A DNA stretch of 64,000 nt from a virus: positions 96,001 to 160,000 of IMG/VR virus record IMGVR_UViG_3300010430_000004. One strand, written 5' to 3'. The notes under the pieces are model-generated. The model ran no database searches and had not been told where the DNA came from. It worked only from the letters and a program-made list of their open reading frames with translations. Positions 41,166-51,772 of this stretch are shown in pieces. The stretch's first letter is position 1. Each line of letters opens with the position of its first letter. Made by a program: the position numbers and the translations under genes.

Positions 41166-41443
41166 CGATATTATGTAATGAAGGAGTTTTTATGAGAAAA
41201 CAATTATTGGATACTATAGAACACTCTGAACACCTTAAAGTGAAAATGTTGATTAGCACCGATGAAACTACTCTTTTTGCTCATATTAATTATGACGATG
41301 GAAAACAAAAAGCCACCATTGAAAAGGGCTTTAGAAACAACATACTAGGTGTAAAGGCTATGGATAGCTTTATCGACAAGATGGTAGATAACGATGGAAT
41401 ACTTGATTATTTTAATTTGAGGAAATAAACTAAAGGGGCAATA

Positions 41444-42214
41444 ATGCTTAAGCAAATATTAGAAGAAATTAAATCAAATAAAGAAATGGCTGCTCGTGAT
41501 CCAGAAAGCGTACCGCAAGAGATTGCTGCCGCTGCTCGTGGAGACATTCGTAGAGCTAAAGAAAACCTTAAAGGTCTTTATTTTAAATATAAAAACGAAC
41601 TTCAAAAAAGAATCATCTTTATTATGGTTAATGGTAAGTCTTCAAAAAAGTTTGCTCAAACCATGACTAAAAATTATCCAGGGGTAGATTTTAATGCTGA
41701 AGATTTTTACCAAAAGATAGTAGATCAAATTGACCCTCAGAACTATACAAATAGAACGTTAAGCAATTCTGTTGTTGACATTCTTAACGCTGTAGTAGAT
41801 AACAGATGTCTTGAAATCGGAGTAAGTGGTCGTCCAGCTTTGCTATATAAAGAAGAATACAACACCTTGTTAGAAACTAAGGAAGACCTAGTTAACGTTT
41901 TTTCTAGAATGTTAAACGATCAAGTTGGTGGAGAATTTGTTGGAATTGACTACCTTGATCAAGCAACAACTAAAGCAGTGACTGAAGGTTTTTCAGGTAA
42001 AGTTTTACCAATCGTTGTTCATTCTCAAAACGTAGAACTTTTAGAGTCTTTGGGCAAAGACTTTTATGAAAAACTTACACCAAATGTTTTTACAATAACC
42101 GCTGGAATTGCTTCTAAAGAAGTTTCCGAAAAATCAACCCTAACTGTAACAGGCAAAATAACTAAAACCAGTATCGAAAAAGCGATCAAACAAATTAAAG
42201 CCGAATTGCGATAA
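41444..42214 (+). CDS. hypothetical protein, possibly degenerate P-loop kinase fold
   Basis: IIFIMVNGKSSKKF; adjacent to SSB. Confidence 0.4.
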   Translation: MLKQILEEIKSNKEMAARDPESVPQEIAAAARGDIRRAKENLKGLYFKYKNELQKRIIFIMVNGKSSKKFAQTMTKNYPGVDFNAEDFYQKIVDQIDPQNYTNRTLSNSVVDILNAVVDNRCLEIGVSGRPALLYKEEYNTLLETKEDLVNVFSRMLNDQVGGEFVGIDYLDQATTKAVTEGFSGKVLPIVVHSQNVELLESLGKDFYEKLTPNVFTITAGIASKEVSEKSTLTVTGKITKTSIEKAIKQIKAELR

Positions 42215-42235
42215 TTAAAATAAAAGGAGAATATA

Positions 42236-43312
42236 ATGAGTAGACCAGCTATTGGAAAATCAAACCTAAGTGGTGAGTATGTAAGAAAGAAATACTTTTC
42301 TTGCAAAGATGGAAATAACATTTACCGAATCCTACCAGCAATGTTTAATCTTGCTACTACTGGAGAGTGGAGTAAATTTTACAGAGTAGAGTTTGGATAT
42401 AAAAATTCAGATAATCGAATGAAACCTTTTCTTTCGCCTCGTAGAGTAAACAAAGATAAGATGGTTGAAGTTGAATCAGCTGCTCATGTTTACCGTCAAG
42501 AGCTTAAGGCAGAGACTGAAGCTTTAAAAGCCTCTATCAAAGAAGGTTTAGAAAACAAAACAATCACTAAGGAAGAAGCTAAAGAAGCTTATGATAACCA
42601 AAAAGCAATCAACAAGCGATTTAACCTAGATAGCAAGCACTACATGAATGTAATCAACGAAGCTGGCGAAATTGGTCAACTTAAAATTCCAAACAGAGCT
42701 ATGCAAGGTCTTCGTCCACTTCTTAAAGAACTTGAGCAAAAAGGAATCGATCCACTTAGCGTAGACAATGGTCGTTGGTTTAATTTCCATAGATCTGGTT
42801 CTAGTCTAGATACAGTATATACTGTTAGTGTGGTTAAAGAACAAGTTGAAGTAGAAGGTCACGGTACCCTTGAAAAAGATAAAGTACACGTTCTAAGTGA
42901 CAGCGTTCTTGATCGTCTAGAAAAAGAAGCTTTCAAACTAGATCAACTATTTCCTGCTCCAAGTGCTGAAGAAGTTGAGCGCATTGTAAAAGAAGGACCT
43001 AGTGCAGTTGATGAGATTCTTTCTCCTAAAAAGCCTGCTGCTTCTGAGACTGCTCCTGTAGCTAAACAAGAGCCTGAAGTTCCAGCTGCTCAAAGTGCCG
43101 CTGCTACTGTAGAAGCACCAGCTCCTACCCCAAAAGTAGAAGCAGTTGCTGAAGCTCAAGAACCAGTTATTGAAACTAAGAAACCAGATCTTAACGCTTT
43201 AAAAGCTGCTGCTGGTGTTGCACCAACCCCAAAAGCCGCCGTTGCTCCTACTCCAGCGCCTGCTGCTTCTAATGAAGAGGACGATGACGCATGGATGGAC
43301 GAGTTTCAGTAA
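42236..43312 (+). CDS. Single-stranded DNA-binding protein (gp32-like)
   Basis: KDGNNIYRILP, DPL...G..F...G....T.Y.V, Ala/Pro linker and acidic tail EEDDDAWMDEFQ. Confidence 0.7.
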   Translation: MSRPAIGKSNLSGEYVRKKYFSCKDGNNIYRILPAMFNLATTGEWSKFYRVEFGYKNSDNRMKPFLSPRRVNKDKMVEVESAAHVYRQELKAETEALKASIKEGLENKTITKEEAKEAYDNQKAINKRFNLDSKHYMNVINEAGEIGQLKIPNRAMQGLRPLLKELEQKGIDPLSVDNGRWFNFHRSGSSLDTVYTVSVVKEQVEVEGHGTLEKDKVHVLSDSVLDRLEKEAFKLDQLFPAPSAEEVERIVKEGPSAVDEILSPKKPAASETAPVAKQEPEVPAAQSAAATVEAPAPTPKVEAVAEAQEPVIETKKPDLNALKAAAGVAPTPKAAVAPTPAPAASNEEDDDAWMDEFQ

Positions 43313-43689
43313 AACAAGTAATAGTTGTCCGTAAGGATCTTAAAATGCCTAGTGGTAAGTTAGCTGCGCAAGTAGCTCATGCGTCACTAGGCGCTTTTCT
43401 TTGTGGAGTGCCTAAAGATAGAAAAGTTCTTCAAATGCCTATAGATGAGTGCAAGCGCATTTGGCTAAATGATGAATTTACCAAGGTTTGCTTAATGGTA
43501 AACTCTGAAGAAGAATTACTTGAAATACATAAAATAATCAAAGCCAACCTAACTGGTATACCCCATGCACTAATTAAGGATGCTGGACATACAGTATTTA
43601 AAGAGCCAACCATCACTTGCCTTGGGATTGGCCCATGGTATTCTGATGTTATAGACTCTGTTACTGGGAAACTTAAATTATATAGGTAA
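43291..43689 (+). CDS. pth2: Peptidyl-tRNA hydrolase, Pth2 family
   Basis: KQVIVVRKDLKM..GKLAAQVAHAS, IKDAGHT, TCLGIGP. Confidence 0.9.
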   Translation: MDGRVSVKQVIVVRKDLKMPSGKLAAQVAHASLGAFLCGVPKDRKVLQMPIDECKRIWLNDEFTKVCLMVNSEEELLEIHKIIKANLTGIPHALIKDAGHTVFKEPTITCLGIGPWYSDVIDSVTGKLKLYR

Positions 43690-43691
43690 TT

Positions 43692-44255
43692 ATGTACGAA
43701 TTTAATGATAGAATTTATGATAAGAAGTGGCAAACCAAGGAAAATAAGGAATACGCTAAAAAGGCCAAATCTTTTCTAGAACTAAGGGCACCACTTTATT
43801 CTCGCGTACCTGATTCTTGGGCTAAGGAAGTTTATGAATTGCTTATGCTTTGGGAAAAGCAACACGGCATTACCATAACAGATTCTAAATATTTTAACAG
43901 CTACGATCATTCTTTTAGTTTTAAAGGTTTAAAAATAGCAGTTCTTGCTTATTTTCGATATCTTAAAAAGAAACCTACAAAATTTGATCCAGATAAAAAG
44001 CAGGCATTGTGGGATCTCAAAAGAGACCTAGCTATATTTACGGTTCTTTTTAGAAAGACCCTTGGAAAACTCATTAATATTCGTAAAAAGCCAGGTATAC
44101 ATATTACTCAATTAAAAGAGAAATATGGTAGACTGGTCATTTATTGGGAAGCCACTAATAAGCAGGATGAACTATTTATTAAAGACATGGTTAAGTATGA
44201 TATTAAAAGAGTAAGCGAAGAGCTTACAGCAAAAGGTGTATATAATAATGAGTAA
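43692..44255 (+). CDS. hypothetical phage protein (QxKEKxGxL motif)
   Basis: TQLKEKYGRL. Confidence 0.55.
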   Translation: MYEFNDRIYDKKWQTKENKEYAKKAKSFLELRAPLYSRVPDSWAKEVYELLMLWEKQHGITITDSKYFNSYDHSFSFKGLKIAVLAYFRYLKKKPTKFDPDKKQALWDLKRDLAIFTVLFRKTLGKLINIRKKPGIHITQLKEKYGRLVIYWEATNKQDELFIKDMVKYDIKRVSEELTAKGVYNNE

Positions 44256-44748
44256 AAAGCTTATAATTCCAGGCCATGGCCACTGTAAACAATTAGAACT
44301 GTCTATGGATAAAATTAAAGAAGCACAATCTCGTACTCACGAAACTAAAGTAGTTACGCCTGCTACTTATAATGAATTGGAATACGTCTTTAATGAAGCC
44401 TACAGAGACGCTATTAAATATATCACTGAAATTAGACACGAAAAAACTAAAATTGAAAAAAGTATGCAGGAACGCAAAGCAGATATTATACTGGATATTA
44501 TACCAAAAATGCTAGCTGACCAACCAAAAAGCAGTAACAACGCTGACTTTAGAAACGCCGTTATTGCTCGTGATGAAGAATATCAAAACCATCTAGAGCA
44601 TCTTAATAAACTTGTTGCCCTTGAAAGCCATTTTGAAGGCATTGAAGATCACATGACTAGAACTTGTAGGGCCATGAAAAAGTCCATGGATCTAATAATC
44701 AGGGCTGGGTATATACCTCCGGTTCAAAATACTGGAGAAAAACTATGA
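44248..44748 (+). CDS. UvsY-like recombination mediator (putative)
   Basis: Helical coiled-coil protein between SSB and RecA. Confidence 0.4.
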   Translation: MSKKLIIPGHGHCKQLELSMDKIKEAQSRTHETKVVTPATYNELEYVFNEAYRDAIKYITEIRHEKTKIEKSMQERKADIILDIIPKMLADQPKSSNNADFRNAVIARDEEYQNHLEHLNKLVALESHFEGIEDHMTRTCRAMKKSMDLIIRAGYIPPVQNTGEKL

Positions 44749-45085
44749 CTAAAAATTTTGAAAAAGAAGTAGCACTTAGCTACTCAGAATCGGAGTGGAA
44801 TATTGTTTGTTTAGAACTTACCCATGTACCAACAAACACTAAATTTGAAAAGCGTTATGATAAAAAGCTAATAATAGACATGAATATTTACGATGATGCT
44901 CTTATGCACTTGTTTAATATAGTACATTCTAAAGGCGAAGATATCTTAACTTCTGAAGTCTTTCACGAAAGCAACAGATGCGTAAGGCACACTCTTACCT
45001 GTGGAACTACAGGCAAGCAAGCAAGTATGGTAGTTAGTGTGCATGATCTAATCAATATAAAAGAAGCTCTTAGGGAAAAAATTAA

Positions 45086-45643
45086 ATGAAATACACCTTA
45101 GATGATTTGCCTAACATTGAACTTGGAGTTTCTGAGCGTTTGGAACTTTTTAGAGAAGGTTGTGGCGAAAAAAATAAAATAAAGCTTTTTTGGGAAAAGG
45201 GTTGGCTACCTGTTCTTTCTATGTGGGATTATAGATGGGAAAAAGATAGAGACTCAGATCTATGTGAATCTATAGCTTTTATAGCAAAGCCTATTAAAAT
45301 TAAAAAATTAATAAAATCATTCAAGCAAGATCACTGGGCAGCGATAAACCCAAACTTAGGCGAGCTTCTTAGTGATGTTGAAATAGATTTAAGTAAAGTA
45401 ACATTTAATCTTAAGAAACACGAAGCTAGCGGTTACTACAGTTATACTACGCTTGATCTTTATGAAGAAAGAATGGAAACTGATGAAGAATTTGCTAAAA
45501 GAAAAAACCTTCAAGAAGCCTATATAAACAAAACTAAAAAAGCAGAATTAAAAAGAAAACAAGCAATAGTTGAAGAAGAAAAAGAAAAAGAATTAAAAGA
45601 ATTAAAAAGGCTTCAAAATAAATACTATGAGGAGAATATATGA
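45086..45643 (+). CDS. hypothetical protein
   Basis: 185-aa coupled ORF with ETDEEF..R motif. Confidence 0.55.
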   Translation: MKYTLDDLPNIELGVSERLELFREGCGEKNKIKLFWEKGWLPVLSMWDYRWEKDRDSDLCESIAFIAKPIKIKKLIKSFKQDHWAAINPNLGELLSDVEIDLSKVTFNLKKHEASGYYSYTTLDLYEERMETDEEFAKRKNLQEAYINKTKKAELKRKQAIVEEEKEKELKELKRLQNKYYEENI

Positions 45644-46686
45644 GTACTGGAAAATTTTTAAATCAGCTAAGAAAAATGGAAGGTGCTGTTGACCAAGAAT
45701 ATAATCCGTTTTTAAACGTGATAACTTCTGGTTCACCTAGTCTTGATTGGATATATGGCAAAGGCATGGGTCTCCCTCTAGGATATTCTGAGATTCTTTT
45801 CGGGCCTCCTAAGTCTGGAAAATCATTATTGACTTATATGAAGGCTGGTGCCTTGCATCAATCAGACCCTGAAGCTATTGTTATTAAATTTAATACTGAA
45901 ATGCGTGAAGGTGGACAGTTAGCTCCTTATTGGGGTATTGACCCTGAGCGTTATATAGCCTTTGACGTTAACGAACCTGAACTTATTTTTAACAGGTTAG
46001 TAAACGATATCTTGCCAATGGTTCAAGGTGGATTGCCTGTTAAATATATTATTATTGATTCCATTCAAGGTATTCGTGGATTAAAAGAACTTAACAGCAA
46101 TGACGTATCTCAGCATCTTATCGGAGATCACGCTCAAACTGTTCAAAAAGGTTTGAAGATGATTCTTCCAATGCTTCGTAGAAATAAGATTGCATTGACC
46201 TGTACTGCTCATGTAAGAGCAAACGTAGATATTGGTCCAGGTGGAAAAGGGCCATCAACTAAGATGGGTGGAGCGTGGGCTCTTAAGCATTTTGCTGAGT
46301 ACTTTGTAAGCGTAAATCGTGCAGCTGCTAAGGATGATAAGGTAGATATTGCTGGTAAGAAGTTTGAGAAAGATGACACTAAGGATCTTAGAGGAAATAA
46401 AGAACAATATGGACATAAGATTTGGGTTAAAATGGAAGAGTCTTCTGTAGGAGTGGCTGGTCGAGCTGGTCAATTTACTCTTAGCTATGATGAAGGTTTG
46501 ATCAACACCGATGAGGAAATTTTTAAACTAGGAAATGCTTATAACCTTATTGAACAAGCCGGAGCGTATTTTACCATTAATGGCCAAAAATTCCAAGGTA
46601 GAGCAAACGCTGCAATGGCTTTAAGAGAAGATAAAGATCTTCAAGATTCCATTATGAAGGTTGTTCGTGAAAACAACAAAGGATAA
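45640..46686 (+). CDS. recA: RecA/UvsX-like recombinase
   Basis: SGSPSLD, Walker A GPPKSGKS, Walker B IIIDSI, GGAWALKH, C-terminal IEQAGAYF...FQGR. Confidence 0.88.
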   Translation: MSTGKFLNQLRKMEGAVDQEYNPFLNVITSGSPSLDWIYGKGMGLPLGYSEILFGPPKSGKSLLTYMKAGALHQSDPEAIVIKFNTEMREGGQLAPYWGIDPERYIAFDVNEPELIFNRLVNDILPMVQGGLPVKYIIIDSIQGIRGLKELNSNDVSQHLIGDHAQTVQKGLKMILPMLRRNKIALTCTAHVRANVDIGPGGKGPSTKMGGAWALKHFAEYFVSVNRAAAKDDKVDIAGKKFEKDDTKDLRGNKEQYGHKIWVKMEESSVGVAGRAGQFTLSYDEGLINTDEEIFKLGNAYNLIEQAGAYFTINGQKFQGRANAAMALREDKDLQDSIMKVVRENNKG

Positions 46687-47312
46687 TTGGAAAAATTACT
46701 GTGCTAAAGAAGACATGGCAGGGGTTTGCTTAACCAAAGACAAACCTGCAATGTCTAAGGCTTTTAAAAAACTATCAATTTATGAATGGGCTGGACAACT
46801 AGTTTGCCCTAACCCTAGAGAAGTAGCAATGAGACAAATGGTTATTGATCCTTTTTGGTACTCTTTTAGAAAGGATAAATGATGTGCATGATGTGTGTTG
46901 AAATCATTAACGAGAGAATGAGAATGGAAGAAGCTATGCGCAATGTAGGTGAACTTATTCGTTCTGCTAAAGACTATGAAGAATTCGAACACTATACAGA
47001 GCTTTCTGAGGCCATTTTAACCGATGATGATGAAAAATTAAAAAAAGTACTAGATAAAGGAACAGATAATGGAAATAAAAGAACATCTTGAACTTCTTGA
47101 TAAGAAGTTTGAAAAAGTTAGAAAAGCTATTATTGAACAACACAGTAGAATAGATCCTATACAAAATGAGCTATTAGGAAATAGGAATGAATATCATATA
47201 ATGATGGAAGCTCTTAAACAGCAAAATCAGAGAATGCAAAAAGTAGAAAGTGAAAATAAGCTCATTTTACAAACACTGAAAACTTTATCGACTCAAAACG
47301 AGAAAAAAGGAC

Positions 47313-47341
47313 TAGCATATTTTCTAAAATCATGTTATACT
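47313..47341 (+). promoter_or_regulatory. Early sigma70-type promoter (TAGCAT-N17-TATACT)
   Basis: Conserved repeated motif in the 3' end of the upstream ORF. Confidence 0.75.
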
Positions 47342-47374
47342 AAATTTGTGAACATTTTTTCATAAGGAGAGTAT

Positions 47375-48286
47375 ATGGAAGTGAAAAGAGAAGTATCAGA
47401 AAACATCGACATCAATGAGCGCATTGATTATAATGACAACCTTGAATTAGTGACTATGCGTTGGAAGTACTTGCTTAGATCACCTAATCCAGAAGAAGCT
47501 TTGATGAAACAATCCAAACCTATTATTGAAAAGGTTTCTAAAGAAAATTGGAATAAGTTTAATCATGTATACTATACAGTAGGTTATGATCTGGATGATA
47601 TTCTAAATATTGCCAGATGCCATACGGTTAGTTTCTATGGGATCTTTTCTGTAAGAACTGAAGAGAAGCATAAAGAAAAATTTGTTCAATGGTATAAAAA
47701 CAAAAATGGAGAAAATACATACCCTACTGAAAAAGACTTTTTGTATAAGGATATGTACAATCTTCAAAAGTTTCTTATTCAACGCATGGAAGAGGTAGCT
47801 AAGGTTTGTTTTCAAAAAAATAGAAATATTAGAGGCACTAAAGAGATCTTTAAAATTTTTAAAGCTACAAATCCTCTACAAGTAGATGATATTGCCCTTA
47901 TTGAAGATCCTAAAAAATATAACTATATTGAAATTACCAAGAAAGAATACAATGCCACTAAAAAGGCCCTTAAACTAAAAGGCGACAATTCTTTTTACAA
48001 TGGAGACGATTATATCAGAGTGGTAGCTATTGCTGCTCAAGATATTAAAACTGTAGATTTTTTGGATCATTATTTGACTGAAAACTCTGAATATTACAAA
48101 ACTCCTGAGCGAAAAATGTTTGACATGGAGACAAAGGCAGAGTTAATGGAAATGAAAGATAAATATGAAGGCTTTAGTTCTGATAAAAAGAAAAGAACCC
48201 TTAAAGAGTTTATTGATCAGAACAAGGGCTGTGATAGAATGAAGGTAGAAGTTAGCCAAGCCAGAGCTATGCTTAAAGGACTTTAA
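47375..48286 (+). CDS. hypothetical protein, weakly sigma-factor-like
   Basis: Own promoter and SD; YDLDDILNIA resembles sigma region 2.2. Confidence 0.4.
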   Translation: MEVKREVSENIDINERIDYNDNLELVTMRWKYLLRSPNPEEALMKQSKPIIEKVSKENWNKFNHVYYTVGYDLDDILNIARCHTVSFYGIFSVRTEEKHKEKFVQWYKNKNGENTYPTEKDFLYKDMYNLQKFLIQRMEEVAKVCFQKNRNIRGTKEIFKIFKATNPLQVDDIALIEDPKKYNYIEITKKEYNATKKALKLKGDNSFYNGDDYIRVVAIAAQDIKTVDFLDHYLTENSEYYKTPERKMFDMETKAELMEMKDKYEGFSSDKKKRTLKEFIDQNKGCDRMKVEVSQARAMLKGL

Positions 48287-49209
48287 TGACTGAGAAGCAG
48301 GAAAAATTCTTAAACTTATTAATGGATGAGGGTGAAACTTTTTGTGTCGCCCATAATCCTTACGGCTATCATTCCATTAGTCGTAAAGATCTTAATAAGC
48401 CAGAATTCTTACTGACTCCACCTGAGCCTTCTCCTGAACAACTAGCTGAAGGCAAGTATCTAAAACCAGAAAATATAACCCTGGACATGATAAATATGTT
48501 AGCTATCAACCCTATTTCTGGCTGGAGAGATGACCGCTCTGTAACTTCTCTAAGAAATTTTTTAGTAGAGATTGATGATGGACCACTTAAAGAGCAAAAA
48601 GAATACATGGATAAAACCGGATTGCCCTACAGTGCTTGTGTATTCTCTGGAGGTAAGTCTTTGCATTTTGCTGTTTGTTTAGACGTACCATTGCCAAATA
48701 TTGAGGCTTATAAAATGATTAGTAGGTGGATACTTGCTATAGTAACTCGTGCTGATCAGCAGACTATAAACCCTAGTAGAAGTATCCGTTTTCCTGGAAA
48801 CAAGCGTAGAGTATATGGCAAAAAAGTAGTGCCATTTGAAGAGCGTAGAGATCAGAAGCTTCTTATATGTCGCGAAAGAATCACCCAAAAAGAGCTATTT
48901 AACTGGCTAAGTAAGCATAAAGATAAGAAACCTAAAATAAACGTCAGAAAAAAGACCATATCAACCAACGCTTCTCTTAAAAGCCTAAGTAAATGGGCAA
49001 AAGGTGAAATAAAAGATGGAGTTCCTGCTAGAGACGGCAGAAATAAGACATGGTTTGCTCTTGGCTACGACTTTTGTTTGGCAGGATTCGAAATAAACGA
49101 TACTTATAGTATATTAGAGGCTTACTTCGCTGAAGAGCACGATTTTACCAGGCGAGAGTGGGAATATACTATTAACCGTGGCTACAAAAAGTGTATTGAG
49201 GAAAATTAA
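48286..49209 (+). CDS. Primase-polymerase (AEP/RepB'-like) with PriCT-like C-terminus
   Basis: LVEIDD, VFSGGKSLH, NPSRSIRFPG, DGRNKTWF. Confidence 0.7.
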   Translation: MTEKQEKFLNLLMDEGETFCVAHNPYGYHSISRKDLNKPEFLLTPPEPSPEQLAEGKYLKPENITLDMINMLAINPISGWRDDRSVTSLRNFLVEIDDGPLKEQKEYMDKTGLPYSACVFSGGKSLHFAVCLDVPLPNIEAYKMISRWILAIVTRADQQTINPSRSIRFPGNKRRVYGKKVVPFEERRDQKLLICRERITQKELFNWLSKHKDKKPKINVRKKTISTNASLKSLSKWAKGEIKDGVPARDGRNKTWFALGYDFCLAGFEINDTYSILEAYFAEEHDFTRREWEYTINRGYKKCIEEN

Positions 49210-50693
49210 TGAAAAGAACGACCAATGAGTTTAATGTCAAGTATCTTAGTCACTTAAAGGATGTAAATTTCCTATTAGAAGGCTCATGCAAGCAATGGAA
49301 CTCAGTCGCTACTAATCAGCTCAAGAGAAAGCTAAAATTAGAAGAAGACTATTTTGAAGATGAGCGCACTAAATGTATTAGTTTTGATGTTAACTTTCAA
49401 AACGGTTCTGTAGCTTCTTTTCTATTTGTTCCAGAAGATATAAAGACCTTTGATCTTCAAGAAGAATTAGTATCTTCCTTTGGTGATACCATTAAAGAAT
49501 CAAACAACATCTCATTCAACATATTGGGCCTTGATAAAAAACTTCAAAAATCATTAGTTAGAGATATGACTAGTCTTATCAAGCTATATGAATGGGAAAA
49601 GCCTACTTTCGGCAAACGCAAAAATAAGAAAGAGAAATATCCCAAGAAAAAGAACTACGGATTTTATAGTGAACTGGAAGACAGTGAAACTTATATCACT
49701 GAAGGTATTGAGCTAGCTGAAGCAAATAACCTAGCCAGAACACTTTGCGTAATGCCTGGAAACTTCATGAAAAGCAAAGACCTACTAAAAGCTGGCATTA
49801 AGGTTGCTAAAAACCTTAGATGTAAGTATGAAGTTCTTAAAAAAAGCAACCTTATGCACTTAAGGGCTGGGGCTTTTTTATCAGTTATGCAAGCAGACCC
49901 AGATAGTGAAGGTGGAATTCTTCATATAAAATACCGCACAAGAAGCAAAGCAAAGTCTGTAAAAAATATAGCCATTGTAGGAAAAGGTATAGTATTTGAT
50001 ACTGGTGGGTACTCAATTAAAGACGATGAGAGTATGCAAAATATGCACAAAGATATGACTGGAGCTGCCATTGCCTTGGGAGCTTTTAAAGCTTTAGTTA
50101 AAACTAAACCTAAGTGCAATATTGATTGTTATCTAGCAGTAGCTGAGAACCTTATATCTCCTACCGCTTATCGTCCAGAGGATGTTGTTACGGCTATGGA
50201 TGGTACAAGTATAGAAATAAAAAACACTGACGCTGAAGGCCGTATGTGTCTCATAGATACTATGATCTACGCCCAACGTCAAGAACTTAAAATTGACTTG
50301 ATGCTTGACTTTGGTACCCTTACTGGAGCTGCACCGTATTCTATGGATACTAAGTATGCTTGCGTATTTTCTAATAACTACGAATTAGCACTAAAAGCCG
50401 TAGAGGTAGGGCAAGAATGCGGAGAAAGAGTGTGGAATTTTCCAGTAGGAGAAGATTACGCTGAACAATTAGAAAGTGAAATAGCTGATATACGTCAGTG
50501 TCAAAAATCAGAAAATGCCGATCACATATATAGTGCTACTTTTCTCAAGCATTTTGTAGGCGACAAGTTAGATTGGGTCCATGTAGACCTTTCAGCTGAA
50601 GAAAACGAAGGTGGACTGGGACTAGTAGAAACAGACACTACTGGCCATGGTGTTCGCTGGGCCTACGATTTTATCAAAAAATATACAGAATAA
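49209..50693 (+). CDS. pepA: Leucyl aminopeptidase (M17)
   Basis: VGKGIVFDTGGYSIK, KDMTGAA, AEN, NTDAEGR, TLTGA, WVHVD. Confidence 0.9.
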   Translation: MKRTTNEFNVKYLSHLKDVNFLLEGSCKQWNSVATNQLKRKLKLEEDYFEDERTKCISFDVNFQNGSVASFLFVPEDIKTFDLQEELVSSFGDTIKESNNISFNILGLDKKLQKSLVRDMTSLIKLYEWEKPTFGKRKNKKEKYPKKKNYGFYSELEDSETYITEGIELAEANNLARTLCVMPGNFMKSKDLLKAGIKVAKNLRCKYEVLKKSNLMHLRAGAFLSVMQADPDSEGGILHIKYRTRSKAKSVKNIAIVGKGIVFDTGGYSIKDDESMQNMHKDMTGAAIALGAFKALVKTKPKCNIDCYLAVAENLISPTAYRPEDVVTAMDGTSIEIKNTDAEGRMCLIDTMIYAQRQELKIDLMLDFGTLTGAAPYSMDTKYACVFSNNYELALKAVEVGQECGERVWNFPVGEDYAEQLESEIADIRQCQKSENADHIYSATFLKHFVGDKLDWVHVDLSAEENEGGLGLVETDTTGHGVRWAYDFIKKYTE

Positions 50694-50700
50694 AAAATAC

Positions 50701-50729
50701 TAGCATTTTTTAATAATCCATGTTATACT
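50701..50729 (+). promoter_or_regulatory. Early sigma70-type promoter (TAGCAT-N17-TATACT)
   Basis: Conserved motif; 30 bp identical to the copy at 14705-14734. Confidence 0.8.
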
Positions 50730-50740
50730 GTTTTTAGTAC

Positions 50741-50805
50741 GGTAGGCTACGGTGTGGTACCCTCTGTTGGCCAAACACCCAGGTTCGAATCCTGGGTAGC
50801 CTGCC
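50741..50805 (+). ncRNA. Minimal tRNA-like RNA (acceptor stem + T arm, no D arm)
   Basis: AGGCTAC/GTAGCCT acceptor stem, CCAGG-TTCGAAT-CCTGG T arm, only 28 nt between them. Confidence 0.65.
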
Positions 50806-50823
50806 CGAATTTTTGGAGGAATT

Positions 50824-51213
50824 ATGGGAATGTTTGATAGTTTTTATTTTGCTAAAGATCTATTACCTAAAAATAAAGTAGATGAAAATCACGAATTCCA
50901 GACAAAAAGCCTTGGATGTGATCTTGACAAATACTATATTGACTCTAATAGAAACGTTACAAGGGTTCCTTTCTTTGAACAAGGCGAAAAAGACCAAGAA
51001 TTAATCAGGAGATATGAAATTGAGGAAAAAATAAACGAAGTAGTTTATGTTCGTTCTCATGTTTTTTACTATGAAAATGAAAACGATCTTTTTGGTAGAA
51101 AATATTTAGGAAGTGACGTTCAAGAATATAAAATTGTAATAAAAGATAATAAATTAGTATATGCTGAAAAAATATTAGACGAAGTTATGGGAGAAGATAA
51201 TGAAAACCCTTAA
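50824..51213 (+). CDS. hypothetical phage protein (MGMFD...FQTK family)
   Basis: GGAGG SD; characteristic N-terminus. Confidence 0.6.
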   Translation: MGMFDSFYFAKDLLPKNKVDENHEFQTKSLGCDLDKYYIDSNRNVTRVPFFEQGEKDQELIRRYEIEEKINEVVYVRSHVFYYENENDLFGRKYLGSDVQEYKIVIKDNKLVYAEKILDEVMGEDNENP

Positions 51214-51772
51214 AGAATTATGCGAAGAATCTCTAGAAAAAAGAACAACAACCCTTTATATGGCTCTTAAAGAAAAGGCTTCCTTTGAAAACAATCAAAG
51301 CATTAAAGATCATTTACTCAACCAACTAAATGAGTTTCAATACAGATTTGAAGTAGGCTATCGAGAAGGTTTTTGGTTTTCTCAGAAATTAAATAAAGAA
51401 AAAGATGAAAAAACAGATAAACTTTTAAAGGCTTTAAATAGCATCGCCCATATTGGTGTGGTAATGGACAATGAAACTGGCCAACAATGGGATTGTGACC
51501 CTATTCAAGTAGCACAAGAAGCCCTATCAGAATATGCGGATATGCCATGACTTATGAAGAAGCTGTAAAATCAGACAAACCATTTAATAGAAAGAAATAT
51601 AAAGATGGATGGTATAATATAGATGACAGGGGCTACACCTGCCACATAAGAGATTTATCCATCAGATGTCCAGCCTTTACTGAAGAAGACAAGAAAGCCA
51701 CTGATTGGCACGTTTGGGATGGAAAAACTTTAACTGAAATTAGAAAACAACTCAGAGAACAAAGGAAGAAAA

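Noticed and set aside
44745-45089. Release-factor/ArfB-like protein (LTHVPT resembles ITHIPTG)
   Set aside because: No GGQ motif; similarity limited to a few residues
50741-50806. A functional decoding tRNA
   Set aside because: No D arm, no canonical 7-nt anticodon loop and no encoded CCA; kept only as tRNA-like
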